Shown: piece after piece, positions 15,714 through 24,260 of the stretch
How positions within the stretch are numbered: the stretch's first letter is position 1
Layout: every line of letters starts with the position of its first letter
Virus record (IMG/VR): IMGVR_UViG_3300031513_000002
Strand: one strand, 5' to 3'
DNA: 36,399 bases
Origin: a virus
Made by a program: the position numbers and the translations under genes
The notes under the pieces: generated by a model
The model's input: the letters and a program-made list of their open reading frames with translations, nothing else
Database searches by the model: none
Told to the model about the DNA's origin: nothing

Positions 15714-16010
15714 ATGGTCGCACGGACGCCGCGACGGAAGCGTTTTCCAGTAATTTTGCTTTCCGATTCGACAGAACACGTGCACATTCTCCGCTTCGAG
15801 CCGGAGCAGTGGCGCGAAGTCATCAAGGTTTTGGTCCACTGGCACGCGGACCTGGAATTGCTGGACCTTTCGTCTGCTCAGCAGTTGGCTGACGAAGTAG
15901 AAAGATTTGGACGCCAGTATGAAGCCGCGAAGAACGCCAAGCCTGGCGTCCTCGACAAAGTGGCACAGATCGGCAAGGAGATGCTTGGGCGTTTTCTGAA
16001 AGGTCAGTGA
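15714..16010 (+). CDS. Hypothetical early protein
   Basis: Internal ATG with RBS gaaaggga. 98 aa. Confidence 0.35.
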   Translation: MVARTPRRKRFPVILLSDSTEHVHILRFEPEQWREVIKVLVHWHADLELLDLSSAQQLADEVERFGRQYEAAKNAKPGVLDKVAQIGKEMLGRFLKGQ

Positions 16011-16011
16011 A

Positions 16012-16227
16012 ATGCAAAGGAAATCAGAATTGGTGATCGAAGGACCTTCGTTGGCGGAAATCTTCGCCGAAGTCCAAGAAGTCTGGAATCGGATTCAAGC
16101 CACCAAGAGCGAGATTGAGGAACTGAAGGAAGAACTGAAGCAAAAAAAGGGCGAATTGGCTTCCGCCGAGGCCGAACTGGGACTCATCTTGGGGCGGACA
16201 GGGGCTGAATCAAAAAAGATTGCATAG
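16012..16227 (+). CDS. Small coiled-coil protein
   Basis: 71 aa with a heptad-like charged helix (EIEELKEELKQKKGELASAEAEL). Confidence 0.35.
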   Translation: MQRKSELVIEGPSLAEIFAEVQEVWNRIQATKSEIEELKEELKQKKGELASAEAELGLILGRTGAESKKIA

Positions 16228-16333
16228 TGGTTATGGGCGGGCATTACCCGGGGAGCATTCACAAATCTCTTTTGGCCTGGTGGGGGACGCCTGCGTGCTC
16301 CCCGTCCCCTGTCCAGGCTCGGGAGCACGTAAG

Positions 16334-16741
16334 ATGGCTGAAACACTCGAACAACTCTCAAAGCTGATCGCGGATCAACTGCGACAGCAGTTGCCGCAGC
16401 AGCAGCCAGCGCCGCAAGCGCTGCAACCAAACACCGGGTGGCCGAGCATTGGACCGCCTCCAGGGCAGTTCCAATTCGGCCAACCTACAGGGCCGGCGAC
16501 GGTCTTTGGAGGGCCGATACCGCAACCCACAGGTGTGTCGATTCCACTGGTTGTGCCGCTGTTCGATGGACGCCAGGTCCACGTTCGCCTGCACTTTCCA
16601 GCGGAAGCGGCGGCCAACCTTCAGCAGTTGCTCAATTACTGCGCTCAAGTCTACGGCCAACACCTGGTTGCCCGGGCGCCGTATCGGAACTACGGCGGAT
16701 TCAACAACAACTACTACTACGGCCGCGGCCGGGGGAGGTGA
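16334..16741 (+). CDS. Hypothetical protein with Pro/Gln-rich N-terminal half and NNNYYYGRGRGR tail
   Basis: RBS gggag before the ATG at 16334. 135 aa. Confidence 0.4.
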   Translation: MAETLEQLSKLIADQLRQQLPQQQPAPQALQPNTGWPSIGPPPGQFQFGQPTGPATVFGGPIPQPTGVSIPLVVPLFDGRQVHVRLHFPAEAAANLQQLLNYCAQVYGQHLVARAPYRNYGGFNNNYYYGRGRGR

Positions 16742-16744
16742 AAG

Positions 16745-17599
16745 ATGATCTGGGTTACGCCACCACAACATGTGACCATCGACATCGAAACCATTGCGGG
16801 CGATCCCACGGAGGCCGAGGCCTCGTTGCGGCGAACCTTCGCCCCCAACGCGAACTGGAAGCCAGCCACGATCGGAGAGCGCTACCTGGAAGCCCTGGAA
16901 AAGAAGCGTGAACGCTTGGCCCTGCTGGACACCGCTCCGATCATCTCGGTCGCATTACGGACCGAGGCGGACTGCCGACTGCTGCACTGGATGCCGATTG
17001 ATGACCAGCAGATCGCCGGCGTGCCGTTGGAGCGGTTGGCCGATCAACGCTCGATGCTCCTGCGGCTGCGGGAATATCTGCTGGTCTGCGGGCCGGAGAC
17101 CGTGCTTGTCGGCCACAACCTGCGGCATTTTGATCTTCCCCGCTTGCGGCTGGCAATGATCCGCCACGGCCTCCGGTTGCCGCCGTGCCTGGCTGATCCT
17201 GAGCAACCCACATATGACACCATGGCCATGTGGCGATACTTCAGCTTGGAAGAAAAAACAATGACCAGCTTGGAGGAAGCACTGGAAGCGGCAGGACTGG
17301 TGAACCACAAGGCCGCCATGTCGGGCGTGGACGTTCCAGAAGTCTATCGGAAAGGCGACTACAAAACTTTGGCGGCGTATGCGATCGCGGATGTACTGGC
17401 GCAAGACGCACTGTATTTGTGGATGACCGGCCAATTGCCAGACCGGGAGGTTGAATCGCCCGCCCTTCAGCCTGTCGAATCGCAACAGCAAGCCGTCGAG
17501 GTACCGGTAGTCCAAGCGGAAATCGTTTCAACGTCGATCGTCGATGAGTACGACAAGCTTTTGCGTGAACTCGGTGTGCTCACAGGAGAACAATCATGA
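16745..17599 (+). CDS. DnaQ-like (DEDD) 3'-5' exonuclease
   Basis: VTIDIET (Exo I), LVGHNLRHFDLPRL (Exo II), YAIADVL (Exo III). RBS gggaggtg. Confidence 0.65.
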   Translation: MIWVTPPQHVTIDIETIAGDPTEAEASLRRTFAPNANWKPATIGERYLEALEKKRERLALLDTAPIISVALRTEADCRLLHWMPIDDQQIAGVPLERLADQRSMLLRLREYLLVCGPETVLVGHNLRHFDLPRLRLAMIRHGLRLPPCLADPEQPTYDTMAMWRYFSLEEKTMTSLEEALEAAGLVNHKAAMSGVDVPEVYRKGDYKTLAAYAIADVLAQDALYLWMTGQLPDREVESPALQPVESQQQAVEVPVVQAEIVSTSIVDEYDKLLRELGVLTGEQS

Positions 17600-19026
17600 A
17601 ACTGATCGAACTGCAAAACGTCGGCCCAATCGAGAAACTTGCAATCCCCTTGCCTGATGCTGGCGTAGTCGTCCTGAAAGGCCGCAACGGCGTCGGCAAA
17701 TCGCACGCCCTGGCGGCGATCGACAGCCTGGTCAGCGGTCGGGGCCGTCCGCCTTGCCGCGATGGTGCAGCCAAAGGCGTGATCGAAGGCTTTGGAGCCA
17801 AGCTGACGATTGGCAGAAGCCAGCGACGAACTGGCGAAGCGGAAGTGGTCACTCTGGAAGGAAGGCTGGACATATCACAGCTTGTCCAGCCGCCCATAAA
17901 AGACGACGAAGCGGCGGACCGCCAGAGAATCAAGGCCTTAATTCAACTCTCCGGCCAGTCCGCCGACCCGAAAACCTTCGCCACTATTCTACCACCTGAC
18001 ACTTCCATTGGCGAGCTAGTCGGGCCGTCCGAGCAGACCGACGACCCGGTGGCGTTTGCCGGCAAGTTGAAGCGTGCCCTGGAGGCCGAAGCCCGGCGGC
18101 ATGAGCGTCAGATGGAAGACGCTCGATCTCAAGTCAACGCTTTGCGGCAGCAGTTACCAGGCCCGGTGCCCCAAGAGGCCACCAGCGAAGCCGCTTGCCA
18201 GCAAGCACGGCTGCAGGCCGAGCAGCAGCTTCAGCAGGCCCTGGTGAGGCTGAAAGAATTGGAAACTCGCCAGCAGATAGCGGCACAGCAGGCTGAACAA
18301 GTGGCCCATGCCAAGAAGCAATTGGCCGAATTGGAGGCGGCCAGCATCCGCGAGCCGGCCGAGTACGAGGCGGAACTGGCTGACCTGGACGCCAAGATCG
18401 CCAAGCTTCAGCAGGCATTGATTGCACTGCGAACGCAGCGTGAACAGGTCAAGAAGCAGGCGGAAGATGCCGCCCGGCTTCGCAAGCAGATCGAGGAACT
18501 CCGGAAGGTGGTTGAGCAAGTGCCGCAGATGGTCGGCGACGAGGAACTGACTGCCGCCCAGCAGGCGGTCGAGGAAGCCCGGCGGAAGCACGCGGAAGCG
18601 GTCCACCTGGTTGGCATCGGAAAGATGATCGACCAGATCAAGCAGCTTGCCGGCGTGGCGGCGGCAGCGGAAAAGCACGCGGAAGCGTACCGGGAAGCCG
18701 CCAAGTCGACCGATGATGTGCTGACCAGCCTGGTGGCCGCCGTGACCAGGCGGCTGCGGGTCGAAAGCGGTCGGCTGGTGTGCGATACCGACCGTGGTGT
18801 TGAGGCCTTTAGCGAGCTATCGCCTGGCGAGCGGTGGCGGATCGCCCTGGAAATCGCTGCCGAACAGGTCGGGCAAGGCGGACTGGTTACCGTGCCGCAG
18901 GAAGCGTGGGAATCGCTCGATCCGGTCAATCGGGCCGAGGTAGCTGCGATCGCCCGCCAGGTCGGCGTGGTGATCCTCACGGCGGAGGCCGATGAGCACC
19001 AGGAGATCGTTGCGGAGGTCGCGTGA
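17596..19026 (+). CDS. SMC/Rad50/RecN-like AAA ATPase with a long coiled coil
   Basis: Walker A GRNGVGKS within MKLIELQNVGPIEKL. Central heptad-rich region of about 200 aa. C-terminal LSPGERWRIALE (signature-like) and VVILTAEADE (Walker B-like). Confidence 0.65.
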   Translation: MKLIELQNVGPIEKLAIPLPDAGVVVLKGRNGVGKSHALAAIDSLVSGRGRPPCRDGAAKGVIEGFGAKLTIGRSQRRTGEAEVVTLEGRLDISQLVQPPIKDDEAADRQRIKALIQLSGQSADPKTFATILPPDTSIGELVGPSEQTDDPVAFAGKLKRALEAEARRHERQMEDARSQVNALRQQLPGPVPQEATSEAACQQARLQAEQQLQQALVRLKELETRQQIAAQQAEQVAHAKKQLAELEAASIREPAEYEAELADLDAKIAKLQQALIALRTQREQVKKQAEDAARLRKQIEELRKVVEQVPQMVGDEELTAAQQAVEEARRKHAEAVHLVGIGKMIDQIKQLAGVAAAAEKHAEAYREAAKSTDDVLTSLVAAVTRRLRVESGRLVCDTDRGVEAFSELSPGERWRIALEIAAEQVGQGGLVTVPQEAWESLDPVNRAEVAAIARQVGVVILTAEADEHQEIVAEVA

Positions 19027-19340
19027 TGATCGCACAAACAATTCAATGGAAGCGGCGTTGGCGTCGCGCGGACGTTTCCTGGGCGGAGCGTCGCATTGTG
19101 CTGTCGCAATGCAAGCGATTCCGCATTGAGCAGTATCGAGGTTGTGGACTACCAGACCGCTACTATGTTCTCGTCTGGACACAAACATCCGACGGTCCGC
19201 GCTGGCACCCGATTTGCATTCACAAGTGGTATCGCACCCTGGGCGCCGCGAAACGGGCGTGCGAGCAATACAAACGCTACACTTCCGAAGGAAAGCGAAG
19301 GAAGAAAGTCCGCATATCCACTGGGTGGTCGCCCGCGTAA
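19023..19340 (+). CDS. Hypothetical protein
   Basis: The start overlaps the upstream stop (GTGATGA). 105 aa, basic. Confidence 0.35.
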   Translation: MMIAQTIQWKRRWRRADVSWAERRIVLSQCKRFRIEQYRGCGLPDRYYVLVWTQTSDGPRWHPICIHKWYRTLGAAKRACEQYKRYTSEGKRRKKVRISTGWSPA

Positions 19341-19363
19341 TCCGCAAAGGCACAGGAGACGGC

Positions 19364-19615
19364 ATGGTGGCTCCGAAGACGATTCAGATTTGCACCGCAG
19401 GAGAATGTGGCGGCGGTTGCTATCGCTGTCGGTGCGAGAAGCTCCAACAGCGGGTCGAATCACTGGAGGCGTTTCGTCGTCTGGTAGGCTACATGCGATT
19501 TTGCCAGCGGCAATTCTTTGAAACCCGCAGCCAGGCGGCACTGGCTGAAGCCAGACGATACGAGAAACGGGTTGACGACGTGCTGCGCGATTTGGAGTGT
19601 CCATCGCTTTTGTGA
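19364..19615 (+). CDS. Small protein, paralog family A (copy 1)
   Basis: RBS aggag. LEAFRRLVGYMRFCQRQFFETR...RRYEKRVDDVLRDL aligns with copy 2 at 20344. Confidence 0.5.
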   Translation: MVAPKTIQICTAGECGGGCYRCRCEKLQQRVESLEAFRRLVGYMRFCQRQFFETRSQAALAEARRYEKRVDDVLRDLECPSLL

Positions 19616-20019
19616 TTCAAGGAGGTGGTGCGGTGCTCGACCAACAGCAGACCAAGGTCACCTTCGCAGTCGCGCCGTGGGACGGCTGCGATGCCAGGCT
19701 GGTGCTCGCGCAGTATGGTCAACACGAGATATTTCGTGACCGGCTGGATGTCTGTAGCAGCGAGGCCCGATCAAGGCTCGCTCGTCAAATTGCCTGGCAA
19801 CTGCAAATGGGCGGCGAAGACACTGCATACATCGTGAGATACTGTCACGCGACGCTGCCGGCCCTGGCCGACGCTGCCGATGAACAAGCCGACCAATTGG
19901 TTCGGCAGACTGGACCGGTCGAAGCCAACGCCCGTTTTCCCGCAACAACCTGTTGGGCGATGCGAGAAGCCTGGCGTCGGGCGGTCGAGTATCGGCGGCG
20001 TCTGCTGAGCGGAGCGTGA
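19597..20019 (+). CDS. Hypothetical protein (probable GTG start at 19633 after RBS aaggagg)
   Basis: ORF between the family A and family B genes. No motif. Confidence 0.4.
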   Translation: MSIAFVIQGGGAVLDQQQTKVTFAVAPWDGCDARLVLAQYGQHEIFRDRLDVCSSEARSRLARQIAWQLQMGGEDTAYIVRYCHATLPALADAADEQADQLVRQTGPVEANARFPATTCWAMREAWRRAVEYRRRLLSGA

Positions 20020-20025
20020 TTTGAC

Positions 20026-20069
20026 ATGGACTACCGCAAACTGTGCAAGCGATTGATTATCGCGTTGCA
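20026..20069 (+). repeat. Dispersed direct repeat, 43/44 nt identical to 20902-20945 (5' ends of the family B genes)
   Basis: atggactaccgcaaactgtgcaa(g/a)cgattgattatcgcgttgc was read in both places. Confidence 0.85.
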
Positions 20070-20217
20070 GGCGGAACGAAAAGACCGCGCGGAGATGCAA
20101 GAGTGGTTTGAACACGAGATGCACGAGCTGCGTCAAAGGTTGCGCGAGGCTTGGCGTCAGCGCGAATGCGACTATTACAGTCGCCTTCAGGAAGAGCAGG
20201 AGCGGCAACGCACTTGA
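20026..20217 (+). CDS. Small charged helical protein, paralog family B (copy 1)
   Basis: MDYRKLCKRLIIAL is identical to the start of copy 2 at 20902. Confidence 0.5.
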   Translation: MDYRKLCKRLIIALQAERKDRAEMQEWFEHEMHELRQRLREAWRQRECDYYSRLQEEQERQRT

Positions 20218-20343
20218 ACGAGGCACGGCCTGGTGTGGCTGGATAAGCCGCAGCCTGGCACGGCGAGGCAAGGCAGGACATGGACAGCGATACGCCCATT
20301 TCCGGTATTTCCCCCGAACGATGGAAGGAGATTGGAAAAAAAC

Positions 20344-20571
20344 ATGAGCAGTACCGACGCATATCAGGGCCTTATTGAGGAAAACGCAAGGCTGAAAGAA
20401 CGGCTGGCCATGCTTGAGCGCCTACGCCATCTGGTCGGCCACATGCGATCTTGCCAAAGAGAGTACTTCCGAAACAAGAATCAGCACTTTCTTCACGACG
20501 TGATAAAGTACGAAAAGGAGGTCGATGAACTGCTCGAGGAACTTGCAAAGCCGACGTTGTTTCCGGTGTGA
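20344..20571 (+). CDS. Small protein, paralog family A (copy 2)
   Basis: LERLRHLVGHMRSCQREYFRNK...IKYEKEVDELLEEL. Confidence 0.5.
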   Translation: MSSTDAYQGLIEENARLKERLAMLERLRHLVGHMRSCQREYFRNKNQHFLHDVIKYEKEVDELLEELAKPTLFPV

Positions 20572-20616
20572 GGGTCGGGGCAGGGCCGGGCCAGTCGAGG
20601 CGCGGCAGGGCATGCC

Positions 20617-21171
20617 ATGGCAGGCAGATCAAGGTCACTTACAGGAAAGTGCGGCAACATGCGCAGTACCCCGATTTCCGGTGTTTCCCCTGCACCCGGC
20701 ACGCCGGAGCGGATAGCCGACGGGCTGGACGCCCTTGCATCGCAGCTACAGCAGGCTGCGGAAAAGCTTCGCGTGCTGGCTGCCGAAGTGCGGAAGGTAG
20801 GGGAATCCTTGAAAAACTGGATTGAAGTCGCAATGCGGGCCGGTGAAAAGATGGCGCAACAAACCGACGCACAGCCCACCCGAAAGGAAAGGAGCTCACC
20901 AATGGACTACCGCAAACTGTGCAAACGATTGATTATCGCGTTGCGGCTGGAGCGGGAAGACCGCAAAGAACAGGTAGCGAGGCTCCAGGCGGAGATGCGG
21001 GACCTCCGCGAGGAGTTTAGTCAAGAACGCCATTGGCGGCGGCAGCAAGAGAAAGAGCGGGAAGCCAGGCTGGATGTCCTCGTGCAAAAACTGCTTGCTG
21101 CCCACCGGCGCGGCCACGACCACGAGGTCGAAAGGCTCGCTGACCTGTTGCGCGAATGCGTCAGCGTATAG
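20617..21171 (+). CDS. ORF containing family B copy 2 (an independent start is likely at 20902 after RBS aaggag); upstream part unknown
   Basis: No stop codon lies between 20617 and 21171. MDYRKLCKRLIIAL begins at 20902. Confidence 0.45.
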   Translation: MAGRSRSLTGKCGNMRSTPISGVSPAPGTPERIADGLDALASQLQQAAEKLRVLAAEVRKVGESLKNWIEVAMRAGEKMAQQTDAQPTRKERSSPMDYRKLCKRLIIALRLEREDRKEQVARLQAEMRDLREEFSQERHWRRQQEKEREARLDVLVQKLLAAHRRGHDHEVERLADLLRECVSV

Positions 21172-21243
21172 GTGTCGGGCGGGTTCGAGTAACGCCGTGG
21201 GCTCTGGCATCAGAGAAAGAACGGATAGCCTTTAGGTGCTCGG

Positions 21244-22314
21244 ATGCCTAATCGGATCGTAAGGGAAGGTTTTCTGGACAGCGAACGTGTAGACCAGCTC
21301 GACTGGTTCGCCGAGTGCGTCTACCACCGGATGCTTCTCGCAGCCGACGATGCAGGCCGATTAGACGGTCGTAGCAGTGTGCTCAAATCCCGTCTATTCC
21401 CCCTGAAAGCACGCCTGCGAGAAAGAGAAGTGGAACGCGCCGTCCGCCAGATCGAGCAGGCCGGGCTGTTAGAGCGGTGGTCCTGCCAGGGTCGCGAGGT
21501 GCTCCAGTTGACCACCTGGCGCAAGTGCGGGAACAGCCTCACCTCTAAGTACCCCGACCGGGACGGCAACTACACCATTCGCTACGTTACCCTCCCCACG
21601 CCGCAAGGAACGTGTGAGTATGTGGCCTCTTCGGTTCCTGAGGAACAATTGGCCACATGTCGCGCCCCACCAAATGATGGGATACGGATGGGGTCAATAC
21701 CCCATACCGACCCCATGCCGATGGGGTTTGTAAACGAAGACGGAGACGAAGACGGAGACGGAGACGAAAGACGAAGACGTAGTACGGAGACGAAGCGCGC
21801 TTCTAGCGTCGTCGACGTCGTCGTCGACGTCGTCGTCGATAACGAAAAACTCGCGCGCGTGCGCGAGGCTTGGCAGCAAGTCGCGGCACTTTGGCCTGGC
21901 GGACGACCGCATCGCCGTGACATCAAGCTGGTTTTGCAACTGCTCGTTGCCGCCTTACTGCACGATCGTACCTGGGCGTTGGTCACCCTGCGGGTAACCT
22001 CGGAGAGACGGCCGGAAAACCCAGGTGCGTACCTGCAAAAGGTCAGCAGGGAGCTGGCTTCACGGGAAGAGTACCTGTGGCTTCGCAGTCTTCCGATTCC
22101 GCCAGAGATCGCAGAACTGGCCAAACCGCCGCCGAAGCCGGCTGAATCAAAGGCTACCTGTGCGCGGCCACCTAATGAGCGGCCACCACCTGAGGAATGT
22201 CAGGCAATGTCCAGCTTTGCCAGAGAACAGATGGAACTGCTGCGGCGAACGAAGGGGGCGTCCACGGGCGGCCTGGACGGATCGTCGCAACAACTTGAAG
22301 AGCACACGAGGTGA
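21244..22314 (+). CDS. Replisome organizer / replication initiator-like protein
   Basis: N-terminal REGFLDSERVDQLDWFAECVYHRMLLAADDAGRLDGRSSVLKSRLFPLK resembles the N-terminal domain of phage replication-organizer (DnaD-associated) proteins. An acidic repeat linker follows. Confidence 0.45.
   Translation: MPNRIVREGFLDSERVDQLDWFAECVYHRMLLAADDAGRLDGRSSVLKSRLFPLKARLREREVERAVRQIEQAGLLERWSCQGREVLQLTTWRKCGNSLTSKYPDRDGNYTIRYVTLPTPQGTCEYVASSVPEEQLATCRAPPNDGIRMGSIPHTDPMPMGFVNEDGDEDGDGDERRRRSTETKRASSVVDVVVDVVVDNEKLARVREAWQQVAALWPGGRPHRRDIKLVLQLLVAALLHDRTWALVTLRVTSERRPENPGAYLQKVSRELASREEYLWLRSLPIPPEIAELAKPPPKPAESKATCARPPNERPPPEECQAMSSFAREQMELLRRTKGASTGGLDGSSQQLEEHTR
21736..21867. repeat. Candidate origin of replication: purine-rich GACG(A/G) iterons, 12-nt palindrome gaagcgcgcttc, mirrored CGTCGTCGAC repeats, GC hairpin ctcgcgc-gcgt-gcgcgag
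   Basis: All elements were read directly. They lie in the linker of the initiator-like gene. Confidence 0.35.
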
Positions 22315-22318
22315 AAGT

Positions 22319-22651
22319 ATGAACGACGATGTATGCCTGAGTTGTGGCAAAGTGCAATGCTCGGCCGAATGCCGCTGGAAATGGGATTATCGCGGTCAGT
22401 GGGTTCTCCAGGGTGACCACGTAATCTGCTTGGTAAACGATGCACCATTAAGGTGCGTGTCTTGCGGCGGCGTGCTGGAGTTCACGATTACCCGCCCGCA
22501 CTTGTGTATGCACAAATGCCAGCCAATGCATGGCCGCACCCGCGAGGGCCAAGATCGGCGTGGTGATGAACCCGTACTTCGACGCCCTGGCTTCGTCGAA
22601 CGTTTGGCAGATGGCTTCAAAATGCTTCAACAAGCTGGGGATGGCTGGTGA
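22319..22651 (+). CDS. Cys-rich (zinc-finger-like) small protein
   Basis: RBS gaggtg. CLSCGKVQCSAEC and CVSCGG pairs. Confidence 0.4.
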   Translation: MNDDVCLSCGKVQCSAECRWKWDYRGQWVLQGDHVICLVNDAPLRCVSCGGVLEFTITRPHLCMHKCQPMHGRTREGQDRRGDEPVLRRPGFVERLADGFKMLQQAGDGW

Positions 22652-22706
22652 TGGATCGCTGCCAATTTTTACGGGTGCTGTACATGGAACTGACGCCGGA
22701 GGCTCT

Positions 22707-23291
22707 ATGAAGGACGGCCGACAGGACGACATGCAGATACGGAAGACTGATGAGTCGAAGACATCCGTCGGGGCAGGCGCAGCCTTCTGTGTGAAATTCC
22801 ATGTTCCTGGCCTTCCGGTCGCGAAAGGCAATCTCAAGACCGTGCCGATCCGTCGGGCGGATGGCACGCCGACGACACGCATGATAGAGTCGCAGCACGT
22901 GACCGGGTGGGTAGCCACCGTGCGCACTGCTGCGGCGGCGGCATACGGCGACCGACCGCCGCTAGAGGGGCCGGTATTCGTGGCGGCAGTGTTTCGCTTC
23001 CCACGCCCAAAGTCGCATTTTCGCGGAAACAAGCCAGGGCCTGGCCGGTTGCGTCTCGACGCCCCCAAGTATGTCATCACTCGCCCAGATCGTGATAAAC
23101 TGGAACGTGCCATCATGGACGCCATGCAAGGCGTGATTTTCCGCGACGATGCGCAGGTTGCCGCCGGTATGTCGGCAAAAGTCTATGCGAATGATGGTGA
23201 GGTCACCGGTGTGAAAATCATGGTGATAGACGCTGAGCAGTTTCTGCTTGGCTGCCTCGATTTTCCGGACGCCGGCTCGTCATCTGGTTAG
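22707..23291 (+). CDS. rusA: RusA-family Holliday junction resolvase
   Basis: RBS ggagg. VKFHVPGLPVAKGN ... FRFPRPKSH ... PDRDKLERAIMDAMQGVIFRDDAQV is the RusA signature. Confidence 0.75.
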   Translation: MKDGRQDDMQIRKTDESKTSVGAGAAFCVKFHVPGLPVAKGNLKTVPIRRADGTPTTRMIESQHVTGWVATVRTAAAAAYGDRPPLEGPVFVAAVFRFPRPKSHFRGNKPGPGRLRLDAPKYVITRPDRDKLERAIMDAMQGVIFRDDAQVAAGMSAKVYANDGEVTGVKIMVIDAEQFLLGCLDFPDAGSSSG

Positions 23292-23344
23292 GTGGTACCA
23301 GCCACCAGAGTGTTTACGGATGTTTACACTTAAAGAAAGGCGAT

Positions 23345-23623
23345 ATGGACTCAAATTGCACGGACGACATTCGCAGGCGTCTGCAGAAACTCTTCTACTT
23401 CACCAGTGAAGAAGTCGACCGGCTTTTCGACCAGGTGCGGGTTTATCGTCTCCCGCGGGTGCCCCCGTTTCCGGCAGCCGGAAAGTCACCAACCAGCCGC
23501 AAGGGATTGATTCGGCTGGTCTGGATTCCCGCTCCGGAGCCGCTGATTGCCGTTCGGGCCGCTGATCTGCCCGAACTTTCTGTGTTGCTGGCCCGGCTGA
23601 TTGCTGGCAATTCCGAGCCGTAA
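23345..23623 (+). CDS. Hypothetical protein
   Basis: 92-aa ORF with RBS aaagaaagg. Confidence 0.35.
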   Translation: MDSNCTDDIRRRLQKLFYFTSEEVDRLFDQVRVYRLPRVPPFPAAGKSPTSRKGLIRLVWIPAPEPLIAVRAADLPELSVLLARLIAGNSEP

Positions 23624-23663
23624 CTGTCCCCTTTTCAGCATAGGCGTTTGCTACCATCTCGGT

Positions 23664-23909
23664 ATGCAGGTGCTGTTGCTGCGCATCAAACATTTCCGGC
23701 GGCGTGGCTGGTCTGCCCGGCAGATCGCACAGCAGATCGGCTGCTCCAAGTCGCAGGTTTGCCGGCTGCTCCGGCGGCGTGTCTTGCTGCCGCTGCTGCC
23801 CTCCGGGCCGCGTCGGCGATGCCCGCACTGCGGTGCGGTCGTGTTGTGGCCATGCCGCCGCTGCCAGCTTCAGAACGAATTGTCTGCAATTTCCCAACAC
23901 TTGGGATGA
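23664..23909 (+). CDS. HTH plus zinc-ribbon DNA-binding protein (candidate late regulator)
   Basis: RGWSARQIAQQIGCSKSQVCRLLRRR (resolvase/IS-type HTH), followed by CPHCG...CRRC. Confidence 0.5.
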   Translation: MQVLLLRIKHFRRRGWSARQIAQQIGCSKSQVCRLLRRRVLLPLLPSGPRRRCPHCGAVVLWPCRRCQLQNELSAISQHLG

Positions 23910-23954
23910 AGGCGTGCCCGTTATCTGTCAACCCTTATCCGTAAAGGAAGCGAC

Positions 23955-24260
23955 ATGGACCTGATTCGCCCACTGGTGGAAGTGTTGTTGGCAGCTTGGC
24001 CGCTGCCGCGAACGTGGCTGGTCGTGGATGACGTCGAGCAATGGCTCAATCGCCTGCCGAAACCGATGGCACTGCTAATCGTGGCCATCGCTCGGCGGCT
24101 AGAAGCGGGCGAACCGCTACCGATGCGGGCCGACATCGAGCAAGTGGTTCGAGAGGAGCTAGCCGCGGCTGGCCGGGACACCGAGCTTGATCCGACGGTC
24201 ATCGTGCTGATCGTCGAACTGATCCTGCAAGTGATCCAATGGTGGAGGAACAGAAAGTGA
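23955..24260 (+). CDS. Small protein with a hydrophobic C-terminal helix (holin or membrane candidate)
   Basis: TVIVLIVELILQVIQWW near the C-terminus. RBS aaaggaag. Confidence 0.35.
   Translation: MDLIRPLVEVLLAAWPLPRTWLVVDDVEQWLNRLPKPMALLIVAIARRLEAGEPLPMRADIEQVVREELAAAGRDTELDPTVIVLIVELILQVIQWWRNRK

Noticed and set aside
21264-21275. 12-mer ggaaggttttct shared with positions 4-15 (the RBS region of the first gene)
   Set aside because: It is a single short match. The second copy lies inside coding sequence (REGFLD) with no extended similarity in the flanks, so it was treated as coincidence.
22025-22318. N-terminal extension of the Cys-rich ORF (ORF 22025-22651)
   Set aside because: The extension overlaps the 3' end of the initiator-like gene in another frame. 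A good RBS and ATG at 22319 sit right after that gene's stop.
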